Position numbers and translations under genes: made by a program | In this document: positions 20,219-28,819 of the stretch, piece by piece | How positions within the stretch are numbered: position 1 is the first letter of the stretch | Layout: every line of letters starts with the position of its first letter | Source of the DNA: Chitinophagales bacterium | GTDB taxonomy: Bacteria; Bacteroidota; Bacteroidia; Chitinophagales; Chitinophagaceae | NCBI GenBank assembly: GCA_015654495.1 | Contig: JAATGW010000175.1 | Location: 1-44,215, forward strand | Length of the DNA: 44,215 nucleotides | Reading direction: 5' to 3' | Notes under the pieces: generated by a model | Told to the model about the DNA's origin: nothing | Database searches by the model: none | The model's input: the letters and a program-made list of their open reading frames with translations, nothing else

Positions 20219-21616
20219 TTATCTGGCTTCGTAGCAACCCGCATCTGGTCTGTTATCTCTGTTCCTTCCATCAAGGTCTTTCGGAACACCTGCAAGTATA
20301 CCGAAATTTATTGCAGGTGATGGATTTTTTCCGATATGAAAATCATAATAGCCCGTACCTGCATTTACACTATCAAAAAGCGGATCCTGATTTCTCAGGT
20401 TATTATTCAGGATGGAAAAATCCGGATCGGCCATTGCTTTATAAAGATTATTATCAAACTGTACTGCAAATGGGTTGTTTCCCCGCTTACTCACCACTAC
20501 TTCATTATCAACGGAATTATCGTCGCTCCATAAAATGCTGTTGATAAATGCAGCATTCAGACTATAGGTATTAACAATGCCAGCGGTACTATCCCAATTA
20601 TTAATATAGAGCACCGGGTTTTTATGTATGATAAAAAGGTTGGAATAAGAAGCGGCTGTGCAATGTTTGAATATATAATCGCCACCTTTAAGGATCAGGA
20701 TATTAATTCCTGAGTTTGTGATCAGGCAATTGACAGCTTCAATACTTGAACTTAATCCCGAGAGTGCTGCCTCATACATATTGTCAATCACGCAGTCATT
20801 AATTTTCAGTTTAGGTCCACCGCCTGTTGAAGGCTGGTCGCAGATGATTCCCTGATATCCGTTTTTTATAATGCTGTAGGTAATGCTGTTGTTTTTGCTT
20901 GTGCTCCTGAAATAAATTCCCGGCCATGCCGCGGGGAGGTCGCGGTATTCCTTGTCAAGGCGGTCACCTGCAAAAACAACGCTATCAGTTTTTGTACCAT
21001 TGACTATTAATGTGCCGTCCACGATCAGGGGTGCATCAGCATGCAAATATATTCTGGTGCCTTTCTCAATGGTAAGTGTGGCGCCTGTATCAATTTGCAA
21101 ACCTCCGAGTATCACATACGGCAGCTCATTGTTCCAGACCTGGTTACCCTGCAGAAGATTAGCTCTGAGGAAATGCGCATTCTGACCAAAGGCCTGCAGT
21201 TGCAGTTTTTCTTCCCGGCTGTTAAAACTGATCAGGATACTATCGGTTACCAGGAAGGGTAATTGCTGGTTATCGGGATTAATAGTAACTGTGACGAATA
21301 CATACAAACTATCATTAGCAGCAATCTCAAGATCATTTACCTCTGCACCGGGCGTCCCGTCTGCATTCATTGTGAATGGAGAACCGGCCCCGCCACCAAT
21401 GCGTATCTTATTGATACGAATGATACCATTATTGTTATTATAAATTTTTATGCCCTGTGTGATAGACCCCGTGGAAGTAAATACCGTGTCAAAAAAAAGG
21501 GTGTCGGCCGATAATTCCAGTCTTGCATCTTCGCTGCTTATGAGTTTTTCTTTCCTGCAGGAAACAAAATAAATAAGCGACACAAATATTGCACAGAATA
21601 ATATGAATGGTTTCAT
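20219..21616 (-). CDS. Lipoprotein with Ig-like and beta-helix domains (choice-of-anchor-Q-like C-terminus)
   Basis: Lipobox FVS-C-RK; FDTVFT, GGLQIDTGATLTIEKGT, GDRLD..PAAWPGIYF; C-terminal DPLF..SPAINFG..DLDGRNR..PDAGCYE. Confidence 0.7.
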   Translation of the reverse strand: MKPFILFCAIFVSLIYFVSCRKEKLISSEDARLELSADTLFFDTVFTSTGSITQGIKIYNNNNGIIRINKIRIGGGAGSPFTMNADGTPGAEVNDLEIAANDSLYVFVTVTINPDNQQLPFLVTDSILISFNSREEKLQLQAFGQNAHFLRANLLQGNQVWNNELPYVILGGLQIDTGATLTIEKGTRIYLHADAPLIVDGTLIVNGTKTDSVVFAGDRLDKEYRDLPAAWPGIYFRSTSKNNSITYSIIKNGYQGIICDQPSTGGGPKLKINDCVIDNMYEAALSGLSSSIEAVNCLITNSGINILILKGGDYIFKHCTAASYSNLFIIHKNPVLYINNWDSTAGIVNTYSLNAAFINSILWSDDNSVDNEVVVSKRGNNPFAVQFDNNLYKAMADPDFSILNNNLRNQDPLFDSVNAGTGYYDFHIGKNPSPAINFGILAGVPKDLDGRNRDNRPDAGCYEAR

Positions 21617-21645
21617 GTAAGAAATCAAAAATACATTTTCCACGG

Positions 21646-22368
21646 TTATTGCATTGCGAAAGCCAGGGATGCCACATAAATCTGAGAACCACCGGCAGCT
21701 CTCACGGCATGTCCGCAGGCTTCCAGGGTCGCACCCGTAGTTATAACATCATCGGTCAGCAGGAGTTTTTTCCCTTGCAGGATCAATGGATCTGTAACTG
21801 AAAAAACCTCATTCACATTCTGCCATCTTTCCATCCTGTTTTTCCTGGTTTGTGTTGAAGTCGCTTTGTTACGGATAACCACATTTTTCAAAACCGGAAT
21901 TTCTGTGATTTCTTCTATTCCGCGACTGAGCACTTCTGCCTGGTTATAACCTCTTGCCAGTTCTTTTTCCGGAAACAGAGGTAACGGAATGATGTAGTCA
22001 ATATTGCAGAATCTCGGGGAATGTTTGATACTGTGGCCCATCAGTTTTCCCATTTCAATTCCCGCTCCTGAATTACCTCTGTATTTCAGCTGATGAATTA
22101 CGGACTGCATTACTGAGGATCGTGAAAAATAATATTGACTGAATGCGGCCTCGACCTTCAGTCTTCCTGCAAATAATTTTTCAACCGGATTATTTTCGTG
22201 CATTGCAAAATTTGTTTCAGGAAGGGATGCAATACAATGAAGGCAAACCGACTGCCCGTTCAGATTAAGTTCGCGTCCGCAGCCAGCACAGCAATCAGGA
22301 AAAAATAAAGCAGCAAGAGGCCGGAGAAATTCAGGAAGCATTTTTGAATGGAATAGTATTTTTCTCAT
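21646..22368 (-). CDS. comF: ComF-family phosphoribosyltransferase-like competence protein
   Basis: CAGC..CLHC zinc ribbon, LKYRG, RGYNQAE, DDVITTGAT. Confidence 0.9.
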   Translation of the reverse strand: MRKILFHSKMLPEFLRPLAALFFPDCCAGCGRELNLNGQSVCLHCIASLPETNFAMHENNPVEKLFAGRLKVEAAFSQYYFSRSSVMQSVIHQLKYRGNSGAGIEMGKLMGHSIKHSPRFCNIDYIIPLPLFPEKELARGYNQAEVLSRGIEEITEIPVLKNVVIRNKATSTQTRKNRMERWQNVNEVFSVTDPLILQGKKLLLTDDVITTGATLEACGHAVRAAGGSQIYVASLAFAMQ

Positions 22369-22540
22369 TAAGCTATTAAATGGCCTGGTCAGATGATTCC
22401 GGTATTTAAAATGTCAGGGCTGAACATAACATTAATGAATAATCGAAAATACCGGATGCCGGCCGTGCAGCAATTTAGATTGTGGTGAAGGAAAAAAAAT
22501 GAGAAAAAAACGTAGTTGGAATGTTTTTAAAACAGGGAGT

Positions 22541-23914
22541 TCAGAATAAAAGGCGGTATATTTCTTCCACTCTTCCTGCCTGTATTACTTCTATTTTGAA
22601 TTGTGATGAACTAAATGATTTAAAATTATAGCGGCTTACTACAATTTTTTCAAAACCCAGTTTTTCTGCTTCTGAGATTCTTTGTTCAATCCGGTTTACT
22701 GGTCTTATTTCACCACTCAAACCTACTTCACCGGTGAAACATATTTTCTGAGAAAGGGGGATATCTTCAAATGAGCTCAGTAGTGCACAAACCAACGCAA
22801 GATCTATAGAAGGATCTTCAATTCTCAGACCACCGGCAATATTTACAAACACATCCTTTGTTCCGAAATGAAACCCTCCCCGCTTTTCGAGAACAGCAAG
22901 CAATAGCTGCAGCCGCCGTAGATCGAAGCCACTCACTGTGCGTTGCGGAGTGCCATAAACAGAGGTAGTAACCAGTGCCTGCACTTCAATAAGTAAAGGG
23001 CGCAACCCTTCCATGCTTGTTCCAATTGCAACACCGCTGAGAACTTCATTGTTCTGATGGATAAGAATATCTGATGGATTGGAAACTGTTTTCATACCAG
23101 CTCCCGTCATTTCATAAATGCCCAGTTCTGATGTTGATCCAAACCTGTTCTTGGTTGTTCGCAGAATCCGGTAAGCATAATGCTGATCACCTTCAAATTG
23201 TAAAACGGTATCAACTATATGTTCAAGAATTTTAGGACCAGCAATGCTTCCGTCTTTTGTAATATGCCCGATCAGAAAAACCGGTGTCTGGGTTTCTTTT
23301 GCAAATCGCTGGAAAGCGGCGGTGCATTCCCTTATCTGAGAAACACTGCCTGGCGCGCTGTCAATATATGGTGATTGCAAAGTCTGAATCGAATCGACAA
23401 TGACCAACTGTGGCCTGATTTTTTCTATTTCCTGAGAAATGCTCTGTGTGGAAATTTCTGTAAGAAGATAAAACTGGTCGTGCGAAATTCCCAAACGTCT
23501 TGAACGCATTTTTATTTGTTGTTCGCTCTCTTCACCACTGATATATAAAATGGTGAGCTGTTTCAACAATAGTGCATCCTGTAATAGTAATGTTGATTTG
23601 CCGATTCCTGGTTCTCCGGCAACCAGTACAAGACTACCCTTTACGATACCTCCTCCGAGAACCCGGTTTAATTCCGGATCAGTTGTTATAATTCTTTCCT
23701 CATCATCATGTTCAATTTCATCAAGCACCTGACTCTTGCGGATCTGACCAGAAAGATTTTCTTCCTTCCATTCATTTTTGTTTTTTAAATCAGGCTGATG
23801 AATAATTTCTTCGATGAAACTATTCCATTGCTGACATGAAGGACATTTTCCAATCCATTTTGCAGATTCATATCCGCAGTTCGTACAGAAAAAAGCTTTT
23901 TTGATTTTACTCAT
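22541..23914 (-). CDS. radA: DNA repair protein RadA/Sms
   Basis: CTNCG..GKCPSCQQW zinc finger, GEPGIGKST, DSIQT, KNRFG, Lon-like C-terminus. Confidence 0.97.
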   Translation of the reverse strand: MSKIKKAFFCTNCGYESAKWIGKCPSCQQWNSFIEEIIHQPDLKNKNEWKEENLSGQIRKSQVLDEIEHDDEERIITTDPELNRVLGGGIVKGSLVLVAGEPGIGKSTLLLQDALLLKQLTILYISGEESEQQIKMRSRRLGISHDQFYLLTEISTQSISQEIEKIRPQLVIVDSIQTLQSPYIDSAPGSVSQIRECTAAFQRFAKETQTPVFLIGHITKDGSIAGPKILEHIVDTVLQFEGDQHYAYRILRTTKNRFGSTSELGIYEMTGAGMKTVSNPSDILIHQNNEVLSGVAIGTSMEGLRPLLIEVQALVTTSVYGTPQRTVSGFDLRRLQLLLAVLEKRGGFHFGTKDVFVNIAGGLRIEDPSIDLALVCALLSSFEDIPLSQKICFTGEVGLSGEIRPVNRIEQRISEAEKLGFEKIVVSRYNFKSFSSSQFKIEVIQAGRVEEIYRLLF

Positions 23915-24007
23915 GAAATAAAAAATTACCGCAAAAGAAAACTAACAACATGAAAATGTACTGAAAGAAAAACTTGTAAAAAGGAGTAAAAAAATCTTAA
24001 GATTTTT

Positions 24008-24039
24008 AAAAGTAAAAGGGCCAACTTTCGCTGGCCCTT
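24008..24039 (-). terminator. Intrinsic terminator of candidate sRNA B, about 95 nt upstream of radA
   Basis: Minus strand reads AAGGGCCAGC-GAAA-GTTGGCCCTT-TTACTTTT. The G-U pair and GNRA loop favour minus orientation. Confidence 0.75.
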
Positions 24040-24066
24040 AAATACTTACTAACCCATTAAATTCTT
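24008..24066 (-). ncRNA. Candidate small RNA B (about 58 nt): single-stranded AAUGGGUUAGUAAGUAU followed by a GAAA-capped terminator
   Basis: On the minus strand: TTTG (24096-24099), 18 nt, TAATTTAG (24070-24077, -7-like), the 17-nt core (24042-24058), then the terminator. Expression is inferred. Confidence 0.55.
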
Positions 24067-24332
24067 GCACTAAATTACAAATTGATCCCACATAACAAAA
24101 TAAATTTTTGGTGGTGTGAATAACTTTTAAAGCGGTTTCACAAGACAAAACGCGGGTGGGAATAAACCCGAAAAAAGCGTGTATTCAGCTATAAAACAAT
24201 AAACAATAAATATAAATAAAATAATATACAAGTTTGTCAATTTGACTAATCTTTGATTCAATTTTTAGGAAAAGACTGTCAAAAAGGCCAGATTTTTTTG
24301 CGAATTGTCCAGCATGACAGTCTCACTAAAAA

Positions 24333-24348
24333 TGGCTGTTATTTTGAT
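24333..24348 (+). promoter_or_regulatory. Sigma54-like -24/-12 promoter for the zinc metallopeptidase gene
   Basis: TGGCTGTTATTTTGAT keeps the spacing of TGGCAC-N5-TTGCW, with TTGA for TTGC. TGTCA/TGACA repeats lie upstream. Confidence 0.45.
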
Positions 24349-24387
24349 GGATACCAACAAGAATAAAGTAAATAAAATCATAATAAA

Positions 24388-25074
24388 ATGAACTCAATCT
24401 GGTTGGTTTCATTACTGTTTGTTGGAATAAGCGTGCTGGTTTCCTATCGCCTCAAAAGCAAGTTTTCGGCCTATAGCCGGGAGCCGTTATTTTCAGGACT
24501 TAGCGGAAAGCAGGTTGCCGAGAAGATGCTCCGGGACAATGGTATATATGATGTAAAAGTTGTATCTGTTGATGGTTTTCTTAGTGATCACTACAATCCC
24601 CTTAACAAAACCGTCAATCTGAGCCCCGATGTATATAACGGAATCAATGTTGCGGCTGCTGCTGTGGCGGCACATGAGTGTGGCCATGCTGTTCAACACG
24701 CTAGCGGATATCCCTGGTTGAACATGCGGAGCAAGCTGGTTCCGGTTGTTCAGTTTAGTTCCGGGATTATTCAATGGGTATTACTGGGCGGCATACTTCT
24801 TATCAGGATATTTCCACAGCTTCTCCTCATAGGTATCGTGTTATTTGCTCTTACGACCCTGTTCTCATTAATTACATTACCTGTGGAGTTCGACGCCAGC
24901 AACAGGGCCCTTGCCTGGCTGGGTACCAGTAATGTAACCAATGCAATAGAATATCCCAAGGCAAAGGATGCCCTGAAATGGGCGGCGATGACTTATGTAG
25001 TGGCTGCTCTCGCATCCCTGGTTACCCTCGTTCAATACATACTTATCTTTTTAGGCAACCGCGAAAGGGACTGA
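24388..25074 (+). CDS. Membrane zinc metallopeptidase (YugP/Zn_peptidase_2 family)
   Basis: LSDHYNP, AAHECGHAVQH (HExxH), TLPVEFDASNRA, AAMTYV. Confidence 0.92.
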   Translation: MNSIWLVSLLFVGISVLVSYRLKSKFSAYSREPLFSGLSGKQVAEKMLRDNGIYDVKVVSVDGFLSDHYNPLNKTVNLSPDVYNGINVAAAAVAAHECGHAVQHASGYPWLNMRSKLVPVVQFSSGIIQWVLLGGILLIRIFPQLLLIGIVLFALTTLFSLITLPVEFDASNRALAWLGTSNVTNAIEYPKAKDALKWAAMTYVVAALASLVTLVQYILIFLGNRERD

Positions 25075-25232
25075 TCACATATTTATTAATTTAATCCGGC
25101 AAAAATTCAATCCTTAAAGATATCTTAAAAATTATTAGGATTCCGCTAAGTAATTGAGAGTCAGACCCTAACTAATTAGAAAATCATTAGAAGAACCTGT
25201 GTTTTGTGATGAGCGGTTTTTTTTTAAGATTA

Positions 25233-25262
25233 TTGTTTTGTATTGATTTTTTACTACATTCG
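25233..25262 (+). promoter_or_regulatory. Candidate -33/-7 promoter for susCD
   Basis: TTG (25233-25235), 19 nt, TACATTCG (25255-25262). Confidence 0.5.
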
Positions 25263-25606
25263 GGGAGTTGAGTTGTTAAATCGTGCGAAATCAGGAAATT
25301 ATGTGGGCTGAAATTTAACTACACGAGAAAACTTATCCCGTAAAGACGCAAATTCTGCACGTTCATGCCGGAGCTTCCGCCTGGAGGGTCGGCGGGTATA
25401 AGATCTCCTGAAAGTTAGCTTTCTTCATTTCTACAAATATTTCCATTCAAATTACCGGGCTTCTGAAAACTTTGTTGCCACCTGATCAGATTGCTTCCGT
25501 GGTTTAATTGCTTGTCCTAAAATTCTGTCGACCCAACTTATTCTGTTTCAGGATTGCTGCCTAACAGGTTCGTATTTTTTTACTGTCATACCAAAAACTA
25601 ACGCAC

Positions 25607-28600
25607 ATGAGAAAACTGTTATGCCTGATGGCATGGATGGTACTATTGTACCATTCTGCCATGTCCCAGGAGCTTGAAGTATCCGGGAAAATCACTGATG
25701 ATTATGGTAATCCGATCGCAGGAGCTTCTGTGATTGAGAAAAAATCCAAAAAGGGCACCCTGGCCGGGGGTGACGGCACCTTCACTCTCAAAACTTCACA
25801 GGGAACCATTCTCGAAATTTCTTACCTGGGTTTTGTTTCCAAAGAAGTCAAAGTAAACGGACCAACTTTATCGGTTTCGCTGCAAACCAGCACTGCATCT
25901 CTAAATGAGGTAGTGGTAACGGGTGTGGGTGTTGCCACCAGCAGAAAAAAGCTTGGCATATCTGTGGAATCTGTTACATCCGATAAGCTTCCCAAAACTG
26001 TCAACGCATCGGTTGATCAGGCTCTTATAGGTAAAATTGCTGGTGCTCAAATCAGTAGCACAAACGGCTCTCCGGGTGCACCTACAAATATTTTACTTAG
26101 AGGAATTAATTCACTTCAGTTTGGCACTATGCCGATGATCTTATTGGATGGAATTGAGGTCAGAGGTACAGATTTGAATTCGCTTGATGTAAATGCAATC
26201 GAAAGAATCGAAGTAGTTCAGGGTGCGGCCGCCGCAACAATTTATGGTGCTCAGGGTGCAAACGGTGTTATTCAGCTTTTTTCGAAGAAAGGGAAACAGG
26301 GTAAAATCAGTGTGGATATTTCTTCCAGTATCTCTTCAAATGAACTGTTGAATATCGGCGATGTACATAAATCAGCCTTCCATAGCTTCACAACGAATGC
26401 TGCCGGTGAAGTAATCGGAAGTTCAGGAGCTCCCCTGACGTTAGATCCGGATCTTGTAAGCTATAAGGAAAATGTGTTGGTGAATTTGATTGATCCTACA
26501 GCAAATCAGAATAAACCCTACGATAAAAACCTGTTGTATTATGATCACTACAATATGTTCTTTCAGAAGAGTACTACTTATAACAATTCAATTTCTATTT
26601 CGGGTGCAAGGGAAAGAGTTGACTTCAACATATCGGCGTCGGATAACCGGCAAAATACAAATTTCGTAGGCAATGGTGATTTTGCCAGATCAAATTTCAT
26701 GGCCAACGTCGGGGTCGAGATTGTCAAGAATTTAAAGTTCAGGAGCATTACCCAACTTGTCAATACTGAAAATACACAACTGGATCCAACAGGAAGAACA
26801 ATTTTATATGCCCTTAATAATTCCCGACCATTCGCAGATTATGACTATAAAGACCCGATGGGAAATTATGGTGCATACTACGGGGATGCAGTGGGTGTGA
26901 ACGGATACAACCCGCATTACCAGAATCAGTATGGTAAGGTTGATGATAAAAAGATAGATATTGTGCAGAGCTTTAATCTGAACTATCGTTTCCCAAAATT
27001 TGTTGAGCTTGATCTTAAGTACGGACTCAACTACCAGACACAGGATATCAGAAATTTCATCGCCAATCAGGAAGACAATTTAAATGCGGATTATCAGCAG
27101 TACTGGCTTGAGTACTATGCGCCATATACCAGTTACGGGGCACCCGGTACAGCCGATGCAACAGGAGAGATAAATGAATGGCGAAACCGTACAACTTTTC
27201 AGAATTTTCTTGCAACTGCTACACTCAGAACAGATTTTAAAAACGATTTCAATATCAATTTTCCCCTTCGCACTGTCACGCAGATAGCTTATGACTATCG
27301 TACAAGTCTCTTTACGCAGTATATTTCTTACGGAGTTGACGCACCTTCCTATTTACCATATACTGCTAGCCAGATGGGTAGTTACAAAATTCAGAGAGAC
27401 TACGAAGAAGGGTTCAATACCTTCGGGTATTTACTAAATCAAAGATTTGAATTCGGAGATTTTGCGGGTGTTTCTGCGGGTTTCAGGAGTGATTATTCTT
27501 CTGCGTTCGGCCAGGGCTCCAAACCATTTACATTTCCGAGGGCAGATGCATATCTCCGTTTGTCGCAGCTGAATTTTTGGGACCGCGCCGGCAATTTAAG
27601 CAATATCATATCGGAGTTTAAAATACGTGGCGCGTATGGTCAGGCTGGTATTCAACCAGGTGCTTTTCAAAGACAGGTGACGCTTAATACCAGGAATATG
27701 GGTACCAGTGTTGCTTTTTCTTATCCTACAACAAGCGCGAATGTGGATCTTGGAGTAGAAGTTTCGAAAGAATTTGAAATTGGTGCTGACTTTACATTTA
27801 ACGTATTAAAAGGAGAATGGCTAAAAACCATCAGCTTGTCTGCTACTTACTGGGATCGTAAAACGGAGGGCACGATCTGGAGGGTGGATGTTCCGCCATC
27901 AACAGGTGTAGGTGGAGTAGTTGATAACGCATTTACGATGGGAGCTAAAGGAATTCAGGCATCATTGAATGCTCAGATACTTTCCAACCGGTCACTGAAC
28001 TGGAACATGCTGATAAATTTCAGTAAGCAAGCTTCCAAAATACTTGCTCTTGTGGGCCCGCCAATCGTGGTAATCTCAGCTGCGGGTAGTAGTAATTATA
28101 TTTTAAAGGCAGGGGAAAAGGTGGGGCAACTGTATGGTTTTCTTGGTTTACACAGTGTAGATGCTACCGATCCAGCCGGCATTCCATATATTCCAAAAGA
28201 TCAGCAGGGTAATTACGTTGTAGCAAGCAATGGTTGGGTAGTTGACAAAGTGTCGAAACAACCTTACTTCACCCCAAGTCAATATAATTTAGGTGACCCT
28301 AACCCTAAATTCAACGTCTCATTTATTAATGATCTGAGTTTTAAGAATTTTCTGAATTTTTCCATGCAGTGGGACTGGATTGAAGGAAGCCATATTTATA
28401 ACCAGACCAAGCAATGGATGTATCGTGATGGTATACATGGCGATTATGCAAATCCGGTTACGATCGATGGACAAACAGGAGCATGGACTGCATTTTACCG
28501 CGGAGTTTATGCGCAACGTGTCGCCAACGGTACGAAAAATTATTTCTACGAAGATGCTTCGTTTATGCGTTTACGTAATCTATCCGTCGCTCTGGATTTT

Positions 28601-28801
28601 GCACGTTTGTTTAATATAAAAGCGATGACAAGATTGCAACTGGTTCTTAGCGGAAGAAACCTTGTGACGTTCACAAAATATACAGGATACGATCCTGAAG
28701 TGAGTTCCGGAGCTACAAATTCTGCGTTCGATCGGGGTGTTGACCATAACACTATTCCAAATTTAAGGTCATACCAGGTAGGCATCAACCTTGGATTTTA
28801 A
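25607..28801 (+). CDS. SusC/RagA family TonB-dependent outer membrane transporter
   Basis: Signal peptide, N-terminal extension, LNEVVVTG, AATIYGAQGANGVI plug motif, YEDASFMRLRNL, KYTGYDPEV, terminal GINLGF. Confidence 0.95.
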   Translation: MRKLLCLMAWMVLLYHSAMSQELEVSGKITDDYGNPIAGASVIEKKSKKGTLAGGDGTFTLKTSQGTILEISYLGFVSKEVKVNGPTLSVSLQTSTASLNEVVVTGVGVATSRKKLGISVESVTSDKLPKTVNASVDQALIGKIAGAQISSTNGSPGAPTNILLRGINSLQFGTMPMILLDGIEVRGTDLNSLDVNAIERIEVVQGAAAATIYGAQGANGVIQLFSKKGKQGKISVDISSSISSNELLNIGDVHKSAFHSFTTNAAGEVIGSSGAPLTLDPDLVSYKENVLVNLIDPTANQNKPYDKNLLYYDHYNMFFQKSTTYNNSISISGARERVDFNISASDNRQNTNFVGNGDFARSNFMANVGVEIVKNLKFRSITQLVNTENTQLDPTGRTILYALNNSRPFADYDYKDPMGNYGAYYGDAVGVNGYNPHYQNQYGKVDDKKIDIVQSFNLNYRFPKFVELDLKYGLNYQTQDIRNFIANQEDNLNADYQQYWLEYYAPYTSYGAPGTADATGEINEWRNRTTFQNFLATATLRTDFKNDFNINFPLRTVTQIAYDYRTSLFTQYISYGVDAPSYLPYTASQMGSYKIQRDYEEGFNTFGYLLNQRFEFGDFAGVSAGFRSDYSSAFGQGSKPFTFPRADAYLRLSQLNFWDRAGNLSNIISEFKIRGAYGQAGIQPGAFQRQVTLNTRNMGTSVAFSYPTTSANVDLGVEVSKEFEIGADFTFNVLKGEWLKTISLSATYWDRKTEGTIWRVDVPPSTGVGGVVDNAFTMGAKGIQASLNAQILSNRSLNWNMLINFSKQASKILALVGPPIVVISAAGSSNYILKAGEKVGQLYGFLGLHSVDATDPAGIPYIPKDQQGNYVVASNGWVVDKVSKQPYFTPSQYNLGDPNPKFNVSFINDLSFKNFLNFSMQWDWIEGSHIYNQTKQWMYRDGIHGDYANPVTIDGQTGAWTAFYRGVYAQRVANGTKNYFYEDASFMRLRNLSVALDFARLFNIKAMTRLQLVLSGRNLVTFTKYTGYDPEVSSGATNSAFDRGVDHNTIPNLRSYQVGINLGF

Positions 28802-28819
28802 CTAAAAAAAACTACAAGT

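Noticed and set aside
22398-22456. 10-bp inverted repeat TCCGGTATTT/AAATACCGGA between radA and comF, as a possible MITE
   Set aside because: No target-site duplication or second full copy was seen, and CCGG words are frequent in this sequence.
25263-25606. Cobalamin, TPP or SAM riboswitch before susC
   Set aside because: I could not find their conserved cores; kept only as a long-leader observation.
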